64,000 nt of DNA from an uncultured virus (IMG/VR IMGVR_UViG_3300042887_002087) (taxonomy: Duplodnaviria; Heunggongvirae; Uroviricota; Caudoviricetes), in the IMG/VR virus record IMGVR_UViG_3300042887_002087, positions 1-64,000 of that record; one strand, 5' to 3'. The notes under the pieces were generated by a model. The model worked only from the letters and a program-made list of their open reading frames with translations. It was not told the origin of the DNA and did no database searches. This document shows positions 40,675 to 51,848 of the stretch, piece after piece. Position 1 is the first letter of the stretch, and the number at the start of each line of letters is the position of its first letter. Position numbers and translations under genes: made by a program.

Positions 40675-40878
40675 TTAATCTTGTAATAATTGTCTACCGT
40701 CATTGGTAATATATCTTTTATTTATTCTTTCAACGATACCGTCTTTTTCTCTGATTGTATAACATTCTCCTGTTACTAAATCACATTCTTCTCTTTCCAT
40801 ACCATCATTAGATACGTTTTTAACCTTTTTAGGGTTTAAAAACTGATCCATGGTATTATTTAATCTATTATTTTCCAT
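40675..40878 (-). CDS. Hypothetical protein (67 aa); start moved to MENNR
   Basis: TATTTATA motif at 40896-40903 precedes this ATG. Confidence 0.7.
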   Translation of the reverse strand: MENNRLNNTMDQFLNPKKVKNVSNDGMEREECDLVTGECYTIREKDGIVERINKRYITNDGRQLLQD

Positions 40879-40921
40879 AATATTTGTTTTATTACTATAA
40901 ATATCCCAAGTTTTATTAATA

Positions 40922-43900
40922 TTACACTTTCTCCAATTTAAAATAAACAATATCACCATCTTGTAAATCTAAATCTTTCATCAATTTAGGTGATAGAGCA
41001 ATTCCATATTCTTTTTCATCCCTAATATTGTCAATTGGACCTCTAGCTATTGGTTTAGTTTTATCTGAACTATCTTGATGATTTACTGTTATATTTTTAT
41101 TTTTATTTGGATTTAGGAAAAGTGTTTTATAATCTGTTAATGTTTCATTAACATCCATTTTATCTAAAATAAATCTGGTTGAATAGAAATAATTTTTATC
41201 ACTAAATTGTCTAATATTACCCCAAGTAAACGCTGGATCTTGTTTAAAATTAGATTTAGTTATTAAAGACATACTATCTGTATCGTTCATTGAATAATTT
41301 GATTCTCCCATTCTAACCACCTGTGCTCTTAACCATTTATCTCCTTTATATTCAACTTGAACAATATATCTAAATTCATTAAATCCATTATATGGTATTC
41401 CATTTACGGTTACTCCCACATCGTCTAAAGTAACCTTTTCTCCCGGTACTTTCTTTTTATCAGGACCCATATCATATGTGTATTGACTACCATCGGCAGT
41501 GACAATAGATGCACTTGTTTCCGTAACTTTATCTGAACCATTAACCCTATTGATTGCCTTTTGTTGTAGTTTATCAAATAATGTTCTATAACTTGACATA
41601 AATGAATCTGTCAAATCTGGTAATGCCGTGTATGGCATTCTTGATCCTTTAAATTTGGTTACAATATTATTATTTCTAATTTCATGACCAACTTCAGTTA
41701 TCCAATATGTTCCTTTAAACATAGGGATATTTTTTAAATAGAAAAACATCGTAGGTTGTATCATAACATTACCCATACAAGTTATTTCACATGTGTATGC
41801 CGCTTGTCTATAATACTCATATAAACCAATATCAACATTATGTGATGATGAACCTGATTCACTTCTAGCTAAGTTTTCTAATACATAAAATGACTCTGTA
41901 GTATTTTTAATTGATGCCTGATCTAAACTAATACCTTTAAAAATACTTTGATTTTGATCTCCAAAACTTACTTCAAATGCAACTACTTTATTTGTTTTAG
42001 ATAAATCTCCTGTTTGAAATACTTTAGGTAAAGTAATCATAACTGGATTGTTATTGGTATTACCAATATTAAAACTATCGTCAGTAAATCTATATTTTTT
42101 ATTATCTGACATATCAGGTCTTGTCGAATTTTTACCTACATATTGTACAATAATTTTAGGTGATGATTCTTGATAATCAACTTCTAAGAATGTTCCAAAT
42201 ATATTTTGTGCTATTTTTTTGGATGGTGTTAATTTAGGTGTGTTTGAAAAATTTGTTCCATAGAAATTAATATAAGCTGGTAATGCCCTTAAATCAAAAC
42301 CCGTATCTTGTAATAATATTGATATTGAACTGAATAAATTTTGTTTAATGTTTTCGGGTTCTCCTAAATTAAGTAATCGTGCTATGTCTATATAATATTC
42401 ATTACCTATGTCTTTATTGGCCTTATCTAAAAATAAAAACTCTTCTAAAAGTGACCTTTGACCTATAGAATTTCCTGCAATCCATTTATCGTTCATAGAT
42501 TTAAAGAAATTATATAACTCAACCTTTAATGGTTTATTATTATAACCATCAAAAAAATCTATTTTACTTTTAGATTCTTCAATATTAAAAGATGAAAATT
42601 GAGGTATCAAAGTACTAAAGAATAATGACATTCTATTATTTAGACCTGTATTATTTTCACTATTAAAAATAATATTTTTATATAGATATTGTTGGAATGT
42701 ATATTTGTCTCGTGTTCCTCCATTTTTTATATATCCCGCATAAATGTATATTAACGATCTAAACATCAACACATTTGATTCACTTAGTTTAATATTATTA
42801 TCATCGAAGAAATCTAAATATTCATTATTATTACCAGTATCCGTTAGATTTAAATATGGTCCAACATATAATTGAATATATTTTGTATCTCCCGATTGTG
42901 CGGTCAAATCGTAAGTATCGTATTTAAATTTATCTGTTTTATTAATATCAATAAAACCATTAATTACATGTGGGTCTAACTCTTTTGGGTTTCCGATTGT
43001 TATGTTTATTAAATCATTATTTGATAATAATGAAGTTGTAATTGTTTTTAATTTTTCAGACTGTTTAATTTTTAAATTCTGAATTTGGGTATCGATATTA
43101 TCAGAATCACCATTTTTATCATATGAAAGGTTTACAATGTCTCTTAATACTTCTTGGAACTTACCGTATTTTGTTAAACTAAATGATTTATCGGAATAAT
43201 TTAAATTAACTTTTTCAGACGCAAAGTTTAAAAAGTGAGTTTCAAAATCTTCTAACATTTGTGGATTAAACGTTGCAATTAAATCAAATACCTTTTTGTT
43301 GTTACTACTTAAATTATAAAAATTACCTATTGTTCTATTATACTCTTCTGGTGAAAAAAATGTCTCATTACTATATTTGTTATTAATATACTCATCTTCC
43401 CAAATAATTCTAAAATTATTTTGTTCTTCTAACGCAAAAGAATTATCACTAAATGGTGTGTCATTATTTACTAATGATTGTTTTTTACCGTGATGTAAGT
43501 TACCACCTGTGGACGGTAATAAAGTATACCCATTATTTCCATTATTAACATATTGTGTCCAATAATTAATTTTGTTGGTTCCTCTACTATCGTATTTTTT
43601 TAATTTTAATTTTCCATTTGTAATTGCGGTTGTATAATTTTCAGTGGCACCACTTAGATATATGAAGAAACTATCGTTGTTTACTACATTATAAAAAACA
43701 TTATCATAATAAGGATGTATACCTACATCAGTATAACCACTAGTGTCACCAGTATATTTAACAGATTGAGTTTCCCCTGAATTAGTAAAAAATGTTAAGT
43801 TATTTTGATTATCAAAAAATTGTCTTCCGTTTATATTTGTTGTGGTTCCACCTGATAAAAATCCTTCTTTTAGAACAACATTTGAACTGTTTTTTTGAAC

Positions 43901-46732
43901 GTCTAATATATCTTTACCTTCTAATATATATTTTTTGTATCTGTGATAAATTGATCCCCATTTCAACATTAAAAAATAAGGAACATATTGTGACGTGCTA
44001 ATTTCTCTAAATAATGATGAAACCATTATAATTGATCCTTCATAATTTACATTATCATCTAAATCAACAAAAGGTAATGAATTTAAAAATAAATAAGCTG
44101 AAGCGGTATATCTACCGTTTGGTCCGTTGACATCTGTATCCATAAAATCCGCAAACAATTGTTTATGGAAATATGGGGTGTTTAATATGTTAGTTTTATT
44201 ATTATCAACATTAATTGGCATTGAAAATAAATTACTTGTATAACCCGATTTTACCCAAAATTTAGAGTCTTTTTTACCTGATATTAATCCTTGTGTTGTA
44301 TCGATTTCTAAAAACCCTTGATATGTAAAATTATCTACTCCAAATTTATCAACAGAGGTCCCATTAAGATTTAAATAACTTAAATATTTCGTTGAACTGA
44401 ATGGATATATGTTTGTCCTATAATCATCAACTCTATAATTTAATAAATTATTTTTTAATTTTGGGTATACTTCAACGTCATTAAATGTACGGATCGGAAA
44501 ATATTGTTTAATGGAATATGATTGTGAATAAAATGATTTTAAATAATCTGTTGTTGGTAAACTATCTAAATAATAATTATAACTCTCAAATGGTGCAATT
44601 TTCTGTAATTGTAATAAAAGATCAGTTTGACTTTTGATACTATCTTTTAATAATTTTCTTAGATTATTATCTCCTTTTACCGATTCTAATATATTTTGAA
44701 ATTCAATATTCGCCAATTCTTTAATTGTATCTTTATTAAATGTATCGACTAAATTATATGTTAATGCCCTTTCATAAATTTCATATACAAATGATGATGG
44801 TGTTTTATTTACATAAGGTAATATATTAGTAACTGAATTAGCCGTATTGATTTTCTTTATTTTATTAACATCAGTATCAGTTTCAAATTGTGTTTTATTT
44901 TTATCAACTCCACTCTCTTTATTTGTTAATGAATCCACTTTATTTGTTGATATTCCAATATATGTTTCAATAAACTCAACTTCAGGCCATCTAACCGGAT
45001 TATCCGAACCTAATCTAACATGAAAATCGGGGTCTCCAGGATAAATAATTGTATTTTCTTTACCTAAAATAGTTGATTTTAATTCCGGCCACGGATATAT
45101 CGACTCTCCTTTTGATTCTTTAGAAAATTCACCTACTACTTTTTTTCTTGTGTCCGCCTGATCAATTGCTCTTCTGTGTACGTCTTTCATTAAACGTATT
45201 AGAACTTCAGCATTGGCCAATATAACTGCAAAAATATTTCTAATTGTGGGTTCAAATCCAAAACCGTTCTTTTTATTACGAACAATTTCGTTCATTTTTT
45301 TCTCCACATCATTTTCCAATCTATTTCTTTGTTGTTCAAAACTTCTTCTAACGTCTCGAATATCATCGACTAATTTCTCAATTGCAACCGCAACAAATTT
45401 TTGGTCATCGGTTGTGGTATAACCACTTATTCCCTCTATTTTGTTAATACCTAAACTATTTTTTGAAAAAACAGAAGTTGTATTATTAATTAAAGATGGT
45501 TGTTGTGGTTTACTTGATAAAAAATTAGTAAACATTTGATTTTCATTTATTTTTTTATCATATAATTTTAATAAATTTTCTAATGTTCCATTACCATCAC
45601 CTATTACTTGTGTTGTTTTCTTTTTGTCCTCGTTATTAACATAAAAATATTGAACTATTGTACCGTTCGGTTGCTTGGAGTTTAATGAATTTACAGGAGT
45701 GTTAATTAAATTACTTGATGCCCACGATCTAACTGACTTTTCATATTCATCTATAGTTTCACCAAATTCTTTTGTGGCAGCAAATAATCTCATGTCAACC
45801 ACTTGATCAAATATTTGTTTTTCCAATAAAGAATCTAAATTAGATGCAATAGTTAAAATTTCTCTAACTGTTTTTACTGGAAAATCTTTTGGTATAAGTC
45901 CTTTTAATTTATATTCATTATAAACTGTCTTTAATATTTCGTACCCTCTTGAAGATTTTTTTAATTCTTCTTTTTCTAATCCTAAAGTTTCATTAAAACG
46001 AGTTGTTCGTGTTGACTCATTAGGAAAAAGATATGGGGCATTTAATATTCCTTGTAATGGAATATCGGACAACCACGCATATGTTGATCCAACGAATGTT
46101 GTACTAACTTCAAAATTACCACTAGATTCATTAAATTTACTTGTAAACTTAACTAAATGAAGTCTATATTTGATCGCTTTACCATAATAACCTTTTACCG
46201 TTAAATAAAATATTGGCCAAGGTATATGAAAGAATGCTTTATATGGTGAATTTTCAGGTGATTCAAATAATGTTTTACCTCTTACATCAATAAAATTTAT
46301 TCGAACTTGTGGTATCGCATTAAATCCTTTAATTTCTATTGAAATACTATCGATACCAAAGGACTGTCCAGTTTTATCTGATTGAAAAAATTCACCTGTT
46401 GGATTACCTTTATTATCTTTTTTTTCTTCTGTATTTAAAAATGAGTCAGTCCATGTTGTATCATAGTCTTGTCCGTCTCCATTTTTTAGAAAATTAAGGG
46501 TTCCACTTGCAATACTTGTTAATGTGTTAGTTTCATTATCTGATACTAAAATAGATCTTGGAACGATGTCCGCCTCTAAATTAACATACATGATTAACTT
46601 TTCCGCTTGTATGTTTCTTGGGTTTACATTTCCATCCGCGTCAACAGTTGAGTTTGGGTCAATATAAATTAAATTATTTTGATCAACTTTTACTTGTATA
46701 TCTTCAGTATTTGTTACGTTATTTTTCACCAT
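40922..46732 (-). CDS. Very large baseplate hub-like protein
   Basis: FGIDSISIE...PQVRINFIDVRG near the N-terminus and YTCEITCMGN...GTYWITEVGHEI near the C-terminus (gp27/GPD-like pattern). Confidence 0.65.
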   Translation of the reverse strand: MVKNNVTNTEDIQVKVDQNNLIYIDPNSTVDADGNVNPRNIQAEKLIMYVNLEADIVPRSILVSDNETNTLTSIASGTLNFLKNGDGQDYDTTWTDSFLNTEEKKDNKGNPTGEFFQSDKTGQSFGIDSISIEIKGFNAIPQVRINFIDVRGKTLFESPENSPYKAFFHIPWPIFYLTVKGYYGKAIKYRLHLVKFTSKFNESSGNFEVSTTFVGSTYAWLSDIPLQGILNAPYLFPNESTRTTRFNETLGLEKEELKKSSRGYEILKTVYNEYKLKGLIPKDFPVKTVREILTIASNLDSLLEKQIFDQVVDMRLFAATKEFGETIDEYEKSVRSWASSNLINTPVNSLNSKQPNGTIVQYFYVNNEDKKKTTQVIGDGNGTLENLLKLYDKKINENQMFTNFLSSKPQQPSLINNTTSVFSKNSLGINKIEGISGYTTTDDQKFVAVAIEKLVDDIRDVRRSFEQQRNRLENDVEKKMNEIVRNKKNGFGFEPTIRNIFAVILANAEVLIRLMKDVHRRAIDQADTRKKVVGEFSKESKGESIYPWPELKSTILGKENTIIYPGDPDFHVRLGSDNPVRWPEVEFIETYIGISTNKVDSLTNKESGVDKNKTQFETDTDVNKIKKINTANSVTNILPYVNKTPSSFVYEIYERALTYNLVDTFNKDTIKELANIEFQNILESVKGDNNLRKLLKDSIKSQTDLLLQLQKIAPFESYNYYLDSLPTTDYLKSFYSQSYSIKQYFPIRTFNDVEVYPKLKNNLLNYRVDDYRTNIYPFSSTKYLSYLNLNGTSVDKFGVDNFTYQGFLEIDTTQGLISGKKDSKFWVKSGYTSNLFSMPINVDNNKTNILNTPYFHKQLFADFMDTDVNGPNGRYTASAYLFLNSLPFVDLDDNVNYEGSIIMVSSLFREISTSQYVPYFLMLKWGSIYHRYKKYILEGKDILDVQKNSSNVVLKEGFLSGGTTTNINGRQFFDNQNNLTFFTNSGETQSVKYTGDTSGYTDVGIHPYYDNVFYNVVNNDSFFIYLSGATENYTTAITNGKLKLKKYDSRGTNKINYWTQYVNNGNNGYTLLPSTGGNLHHGKKQSLVNNDTPFSDNSFALEEQNNFRIIWEDEYINNKYSNETFFSPEEYNRTIGNFYNLSSNNKKVFDLIATFNPQMLEDFETHFLNFASEKVNLNYSDKSFSLTKYGKFQEVLRDIVNLSYDKNGDSDNIDTQIQNLKIKQSEKLKTITTSLLSNNDLINITIGNPKELDPHVINGFIDINKTDKFKYDTYDLTAQSGDTKYIQLYVGPYLNLTDTGNNNEYLDFFDDNNIKLSESNVLMFRSLIYIYAGYIKNGGTRDKYTFQQYLYKNIIFNSENNTGLNNRMSLFFSTLIPQFSSFNIEESKSKIDFFDGYNNKPLKVELYNFFKSMNDKWIAGNSIGQRSLLEEFLFLDKANKDIGNEYYIDIARLLNLGEPENIKQNLFSSISILLQDTGFDLRALPAYINFYGTNFSNTPKLTPSKKIAQNIFGTFLEVDYQESSPKIIVQYVGKNSTRPDMSDNKKYRFTDDSFNIGNTNNNPVMITLPKVFQTGDLSKTNKVVAFEVSFGDQNQSIFKGISLDQASIKNTTESFYVLENLARSESGSSSHNVDIGLYEYYRQAAYTCEITCMGNVMIQPTMFFYLKNIPMFKGTYWITEVGHEIRNNNIVTKFKGSRMPYTALPDLTDSFMSSYRTLFDKLQQKAINRVNGSDKVTETSASIVTADGSQYTYDMGPDKKKVPGEKVTLDDVGVTVNGIPYNGFNEFRYIVQVEYKGDKWLRAQVVRMGESNYSMNDTDSMSLITKSNFKQDPAFTWGNIRQFSDKNYFYSTRFILDKMDVNETLTDYKTLFLNPNKNKNITVNHQDSSDKTKPIARGPIDNIRDEKEYGIALSPKLMKDLDLQDGDIVYFKLEKV

Positions 46733-47045
46733 AATATAGATTATACAATTCTACACCTCTTTTATAATCTTGTAAAGAGCTAATTAATGGGTACGGTATT
46801 CTTATGAAGAAATTATCTGGTATATCAAATTCTAAACTTCCCGCCTGTGGATTTGCTAACATAATTAACCATCCAAAAGTGGGTCCACCATAATATTCTT
46901 GTGACATTTTATCTAATCTGTCTTTACCTTTCTTAAATAAAATATATTTATCCGTTCCTTTAATTGGGATTTCAATTCCCGGTACAATTCTAAATGTACC
47001 ATCATCTATAAAAAACTGATACCTATCAAAATAATCCCTACTCAT
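46719..47045 (-). CDS. LysM-like baseplate wedge protein (gp53/gpX-like)
   Basis: DRLDKMSQEYYG...GWLIMLANP...IRIP. Confidence 0.85.
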   Translation of the reverse strand: MSRDYFDRYQFFIDDGTFRIVPGIEIPIKGTDKYILFKKGKDRLDKMSQEYYGGPTFGWLIMLANPQAGSLEFDIPDNFFIRIPYPLISSLQDYKRGVELYNLYYGEK

Positions 47046-50000
47046 TTTCTATAATAGTTTAATTTATCTGTCACATTATTTGATGATCCGAATAACTTTT
47101 TAACTTCATCTATAATAGTTATTACAGTTTCTTCTGATTCTCCCATTGGTTCCAAATCAATCTTAATTTGTTTATCATTTTTACGAACAGGATCTTTACT
47201 AAATTTAATATTAATTTCCGATGGTTGGTATAGTGATTGATTTAATTTTTTAGTTATTCTGTCCAAAAGATCATTATCCGTTGTAGATAAAGTAGTTCCT
47301 ATTTTACTAACTATAGATGATTTATCATCGTAAAATAATACTCTTATAATGTCTTCAGCAATTTCAAATGTATATTGTATATTTAAAAAGTTAATTGAAG
47401 TATCTAATTTAGAATACATCTTTTCGGTATTCTTTTTTATATGTTCAATACAATCACTATAATTTGAATAGAAGCTTACTTTTCTTTGTTCGTCTGTTGT
47501 TCCGTCTAATTTATATATATTCTTTGTTACTTTTTCTTTTTCAATTTTAACATCTCTAGCGTATTTTGTAATAAAATTAACATTATCAATAGATTTAATT
47601 AATTCATTTCTATTATTTTCAAAATCTGTAATATTTTTAAATGTTGATAAATCAATCATTTTTGATGGTATTTGTTCTATCACATACGAGTGTAGAACAT
47701 TAGCAACATCATCTTTTATATTTAATGGAATGGTGTCCTCAAGTTTCAATATCTTTAAAATATAATACTTATCTGATAAGAAGTTAAGGTCATTTAAATA
47801 AGTTTTTAACGAATCGGCGGTGTGATTACATAGTGAAGGTAAACTAGAATTGTTAGGATATAATCCAAATAAATTTAAAGTTGTTGCCGCTCCACCGGTT
47901 TCCACATCATAAACATTTATTTTACGATAATCTTTATTAAAAACTAAATTTGTTAAATGTTTACCATATTTTGTTAGAGTACTATTATAAAAACTTTCAT
48001 ATGAGACAAAATATTGACTTGTATTTTTATAAAGATTATCAATAACGGTCGTATAATCTAATGCCGATCCATCTATCAAAGCACCAATATATTGTCCTTC
48101 AGATACGTTATTTTTACTAGGACTATCTTTTAGTAATGTTGGTGGAAATAATTTATCGTTTAAACCTTGTATGAATTCTTTTGTAAATTCATTTGCATCC
48201 ATACCTCCTATTTTTGTATTAGTAGATTCAGATCTTTCGTCGTACATTTCAGTATTTGCGTAGAAATTTGACGATAACGCATTTTGTAATCTTTCAATAG
48301 GTCTTTCTAAACCTTGTCCACCTAAGAAATTCAATTGTATTGTTACAGTTGCAATCATAGGTTGTATTCCAATACCTTCAGAATTCAAATCCCATACGTT
48401 TTCTTCAAATTGAATATTAAGATCTCTAATAACAACTTTTGAATTATAGAAATCACCAACTCTTAACACACAAACAGGTGGGGGTCCAAATGTTGTATTT
48501 CTCGCATTTATATCGGAATCATCAGATGATCCTTTTATTGGTATTGTGTTGCCTGGTCTTAAACATTGTTGTAAAAACGTCAATCGTGAGTTCAAACCTT
48601 CAGGAGTCATTGAGTGAAATCCAGGATGAAAATATCTTAATTTTTCTTTTAATGAACTATAAATCATTGGAGACGTTTCTTCTAATTTCTTAAAATAAAA
48701 CTCTTCAGATAATGTTTTCATTATGATTCTTTTCATCAAATCAATAGGTGGTTTAGTTTTGTTAGTACTAACATTACCCGTAGGTGACATTCTTATACTA
48801 GACACGTTTGAAGGTCCATCTACATTCGTTTTAGTATCGTAATCGATTGATACTGTAGATTGTCTACATCCATATGATAATGGTGAAAATCGGTTTAAAT
48901 TTGGAGTTTCATACGTTACTCTACCACAGTCAACATTATCTACGTTTTTTTTCTTTCCGTAATTAATTGTTCTAAAAATTATAGACTTATCTAAACCATC
49001 AAAACCTAAATCTAAGTTTAAGGTATAATTAACTTCAATTGGAAACACTTCGAATCCTGGTGAAAACTCTTTCGATGTTACGTTTTTAAACTCCCACTTA
49101 TCTTTTATAAATGGGTTTAATGTTTCTATAACATATTTAACAATAGAATGTGATCTCCTCATAGATAAGTTATAATCACTAACATCATCTCCTGTAGCTG
49201 AAGTTGTAGATCCAATTAAAACAACAATGTCACTATTTATATTTTTATTTTCTATATTTGTTTTTAATTTTTTAATTGCCGCTTTAAAACTATCAAAGTT
49301 TGTTTGTTGATTTTCAAAAACTTTTAATAAATCATCTTTAACATTTTGAATTGATTGTGTCGATTCTGGTCCGCTTATATTATCTTTTCCAAATACATTA
49401 ACTAAATCTGTTTTTTTATTTTGACTAATAATAGTGATTAATGCGGTCTCTAATCGAGCCAATGCAGTTTGTTGATTTGTTGTTCCACTTAAACTTTGGG
49501 CAATATCATTATAATTCTGAATTGATTTAAAACTTGTTCCACTATCACTATCTGGATCTGAATTAGGGAATATTAATTTTACCTTTAATGATTCATTTTT
49601 CTTATTAGCATCGTTTGTTGAACTTCCTTCAGGATTATTCCCCACTATAGTCGGAACAGCATCTTTTAATCGATTAATGTCATTTGGATTTTTATTGGTG
49701 TTTAAATAATTCTGTATTGCAGTAATATCATCTTCATTTAAATTTGCGTATGTTCTTATTAAACTATAAAAATCAATATCTTTTGCTCCCGCAAAAAATG
49801 AATTAATATAATCATCCGCCTGTTCATCGTTTAAATTTTTAAAATGTTCTCTAACAAGTAAATTCATAATACTTGGGTGATCCACAACAATTTTAAAATT
49901 TAATGTTCCACTTCTTTCAGTATTTTGATATGTATAAATTGGTTCGGGTCTACCTAAAAACGTATTAGATTCCCATTTAGCACTATTTTGTTCAGATACT

Positions 50001-51808
50001 TTTAAATCATATGGTGGAAACCACATTACTCTACCTCCGTTAGGTCCTCTTTCTGAGAAAGGTAAATCATTTACTGTATAACCTGGTAATGTTGATGAAC
50101 CCCATGCTAAATTTTCAATTGACAACATATACTTTTTAGCATAAAAATTTTTCTCTCCTCTAACAATATTTGTTGAACCTGGAAATTCAGGGTTAGTCGT
50201 TCCGTCCGACATAGGAGCCATATTCAAATTCCATGTATCTGACATAACACTTCCATCAAAACGTCTTATACCTTTTCTTCTAAATGGTGTTTCTTTTCCC
50301 TTATAATATGGTTTATCTTCCGTTTCCTTATAAAATGGCATTGTATTACCATAATTAAAATATGGTCTATCTTTAGTCCATACTCTTGCATATTCAACAC
50401 CTATATCTCTACCTGAATTATCTATATATTTTACACCTGAACCTCTTGATATTAATGTGTCTCCATCTTTAAAATATCTACTTGTTTGATCAATAACGTG
50501 ACCGATATGTGCTAAAGAATCTCCACCATTTTGTGGTTTTGAATCTAATATTTGTTGAGTAACTTCTAAAATTGAATCTGGTCTAAATTTATATCTTGTA
50601 GATAAATCTTCATTAATATTTTGTAAATTTACACCTTTGGTTGTTCCATTTTTACTAGCCCATGTTAATTTACCACCTATTTTACCTCCCTGTGTAATAT
50701 TTTTATTACTATGAAAAAGTTCAGCAGCAATTGTATCAAACATTAATGAAAGATAATAACTACTTCTTATTGGTCTACCACTAAATAAATCGGTAGTGGC
50801 GTTTTTAACATTATTTGCTCTATCATCTCCAATATATGCAGCTCCGGCTGGTGCCTCAACACCTAATATACTTTTAACACCTTGAGCAACCATACTCGGT
50901 ATTCTACCTAATCCGGTTGACATTTGAGATCTTGCACCTGTTGTATAGTTAGGAGCATAAGCGTTGAAACTTAATAAATCAAATAATCTATACTTTGTGG
51001 CATCTCCCATATTTTCAATTAATATGTCGGACGGTTTTCTTGTTGGTAAAGGTCTTCTTTGAATACCTACAATTGAACCTAATACCCCCGTTAAATCTTG
51101 CCATACTTTAGTCCCCGTAGAAACGTCTGTAGGTCTTACATTAATGGGTGCTCTTGGGTTTGTTAAGTAATCTCCAGGTATTGTACTAAACGGTAATTGT
51201 GTTCCCGCCACGGTACCTAAAAAATCAATTCCTTTACCTAATATACTTCTAGATGCGGTAATTTTTTCATTACCCTCAATTAAAGGTTGTTTACCTCTAA
51301 TAATGTTTATTAGTGTGTTAGTATTACCTAATAATGCTTCTCCTATTTTATTTTTAGCAACCGTTGCGGTATATAAATTTTGATTAATTCTTGCTAAAAC
51401 AGGACCATTACTATTGGTTCTAATATTATGTGCTGCAAACTTAAATAATTCGGATTCTGTATCATAACTTCTAGTGGCCATAATACTAATCAAATTTTCG
51501 TCCGTCTTTACAAAATATGGATATAAATTTAAATTTGCTCTTCTTGGTAAATCTGCTATTGTTTCTTTAATGAAATATTCCGTTGGTTTAAAAATATTAG
51601 ATTTTTGAGGAACCAAAAGATCATTCTTTCTATTGTCGTCGACTTGAGGAAGTAATAGATTTGGACTGTCTCCTAATGTTTGAATACTATAATCATCACT
51701 TTTAAAGGTTTTAGGAGACGGACTTCTTCCGTAAACAGGATCTAAGGTCCTATTTAACATTCTATCTCTAATGTCCTTAGTAGCGTCAAAACTTAAGTAT
51801 TTTGGCAT
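47042..51808 (-). CDS. Tail-tube initiator-like protein with inserted OmpA-like domain
   Basis: WFPPY...SAKWESNTFLGRPEPIYTYQNTERS and PPVCVLRVGDFY; internal GSTTS...NLSMRRSHSIVKY. Confidence 0.65.
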   Translation of the reverse strand: MPKYLSFDATKDIRDRMLNRTLDPVYGRSPSPKTFKSDDYSIQTLGDSPNLLLPQVDDNRKNDLLVPQKSNIFKPTEYFIKETIADLPRRANLNLYPYFVKTDENLISIMATRSYDTESELFKFAAHNIRTNSNGPVLARINQNLYTATVAKNKIGEALLGNTNTLINIIRGKQPLIEGNEKITASRSILGKGIDFLGTVAGTQLPFSTIPGDYLTNPRAPINVRPTDVSTGTKVWQDLTGVLGSIVGIQRRPLPTRKPSDILIENMGDATKYRLFDLLSFNAYAPNYTTGARSQMSTGLGRIPSMVAQGVKSILGVEAPAGAAYIGDDRANNVKNATTDLFSGRPIRSSYYLSLMFDTIAAELFHSNKNITQGGKIGGKLTWASKNGTTKGVNLQNINEDLSTRYKFRPDSILEVTQQILDSKPQNGGDSLAHIGHVIDQTSRYFKDGDTLISRGSGVKYIDNSGRDIGVEYARVWTKDRPYFNYGNTMPFYKETEDKPYYKGKETPFRRKGIRRFDGSVMSDTWNLNMAPMSDGTTNPEFPGSTNIVRGEKNFYAKKYMLSIENLAWGSSTLPGYTVNDLPFSERGPNGGRVMWFPPYDLKVSEQNSAKWESNTFLGRPEPIYTYQNTERSGTLNFKIVVDHPSIMNLLVREHFKNLNDEQADDYINSFFAGAKDIDFYSLIRTYANLNEDDITAIQNYLNTNKNPNDINRLKDAVPTIVGNNPEGSSTNDANKKNESLKVKLIFPNSDPDSDSGTSFKSIQNYNDIAQSLSGTTNQQTALARLETALITIISQNKKTDLVNVFGKDNISGPESTQSIQNVKDDLLKVFENQQTNFDSFKAAIKKLKTNIENKNINSDIVVLIGSTTSATGDDVSDYNLSMRRSHSIVKYVIETLNPFIKDKWEFKNVTSKEFSPGFEVFPIEVNYTLNLDLGFDGLDKSIIFRTINYGKKKNVDNVDCGRVTYETPNLNRFSPLSYGCRQSTVSIDYDTKTNVDGPSNVSSIRMSPTGNVSTNKTKPPIDLMKRIIMKTLSEEFYFKKLEETSPMIYSSLKEKLRYFHPGFHSMTPEGLNSRLTFLQQCLRPGNTIPIKGSSDDSDINARNTTFGPPPVCVLRVGDFYNSKVVIRDLNIQFEENVWDLNSEGIGIQPMIATVTIQLNFLGGQGLERPIERLQNALSSNFYANTEMYDERSESTNTKIGGMDANEFTKEFIQGLNDKLFPPTLLKDSPSKNNVSEGQYIGALIDGSALDYTTVIDNLYKNTSQYFVSYESFYNSTLTKYGKHLTNLVFNKDYRKINVYDVETGGAATTLNLFGLYPNNSSLPSLCNHTADSLKTYLNDLNFLSDKYYILKILKLEDTIPLNIKDDVANVLHSYVIEQIPSKMIDLSTFKNITDFENNRNELIKSIDNVNFITKYARDVKIEKEKVTKNIYKLDGTTDEQRKVSFYSNYSDCIEHIKKNTEKMYSKLDTSINFLNIQYTFEIAEDIIRVLFYDDKSSIVSKIGTTLSTTDNDLLDRITKKLNQSLYQPSEINIKFSKDPVRKNDKQIKIDLEPMGESEETVITIIDEVKKLFGSSNNVTDKLNYYRK

Positions 51809-51848
51809 TATCTTCTTTTATCTATAAATAGATAATATATGATTTTAA

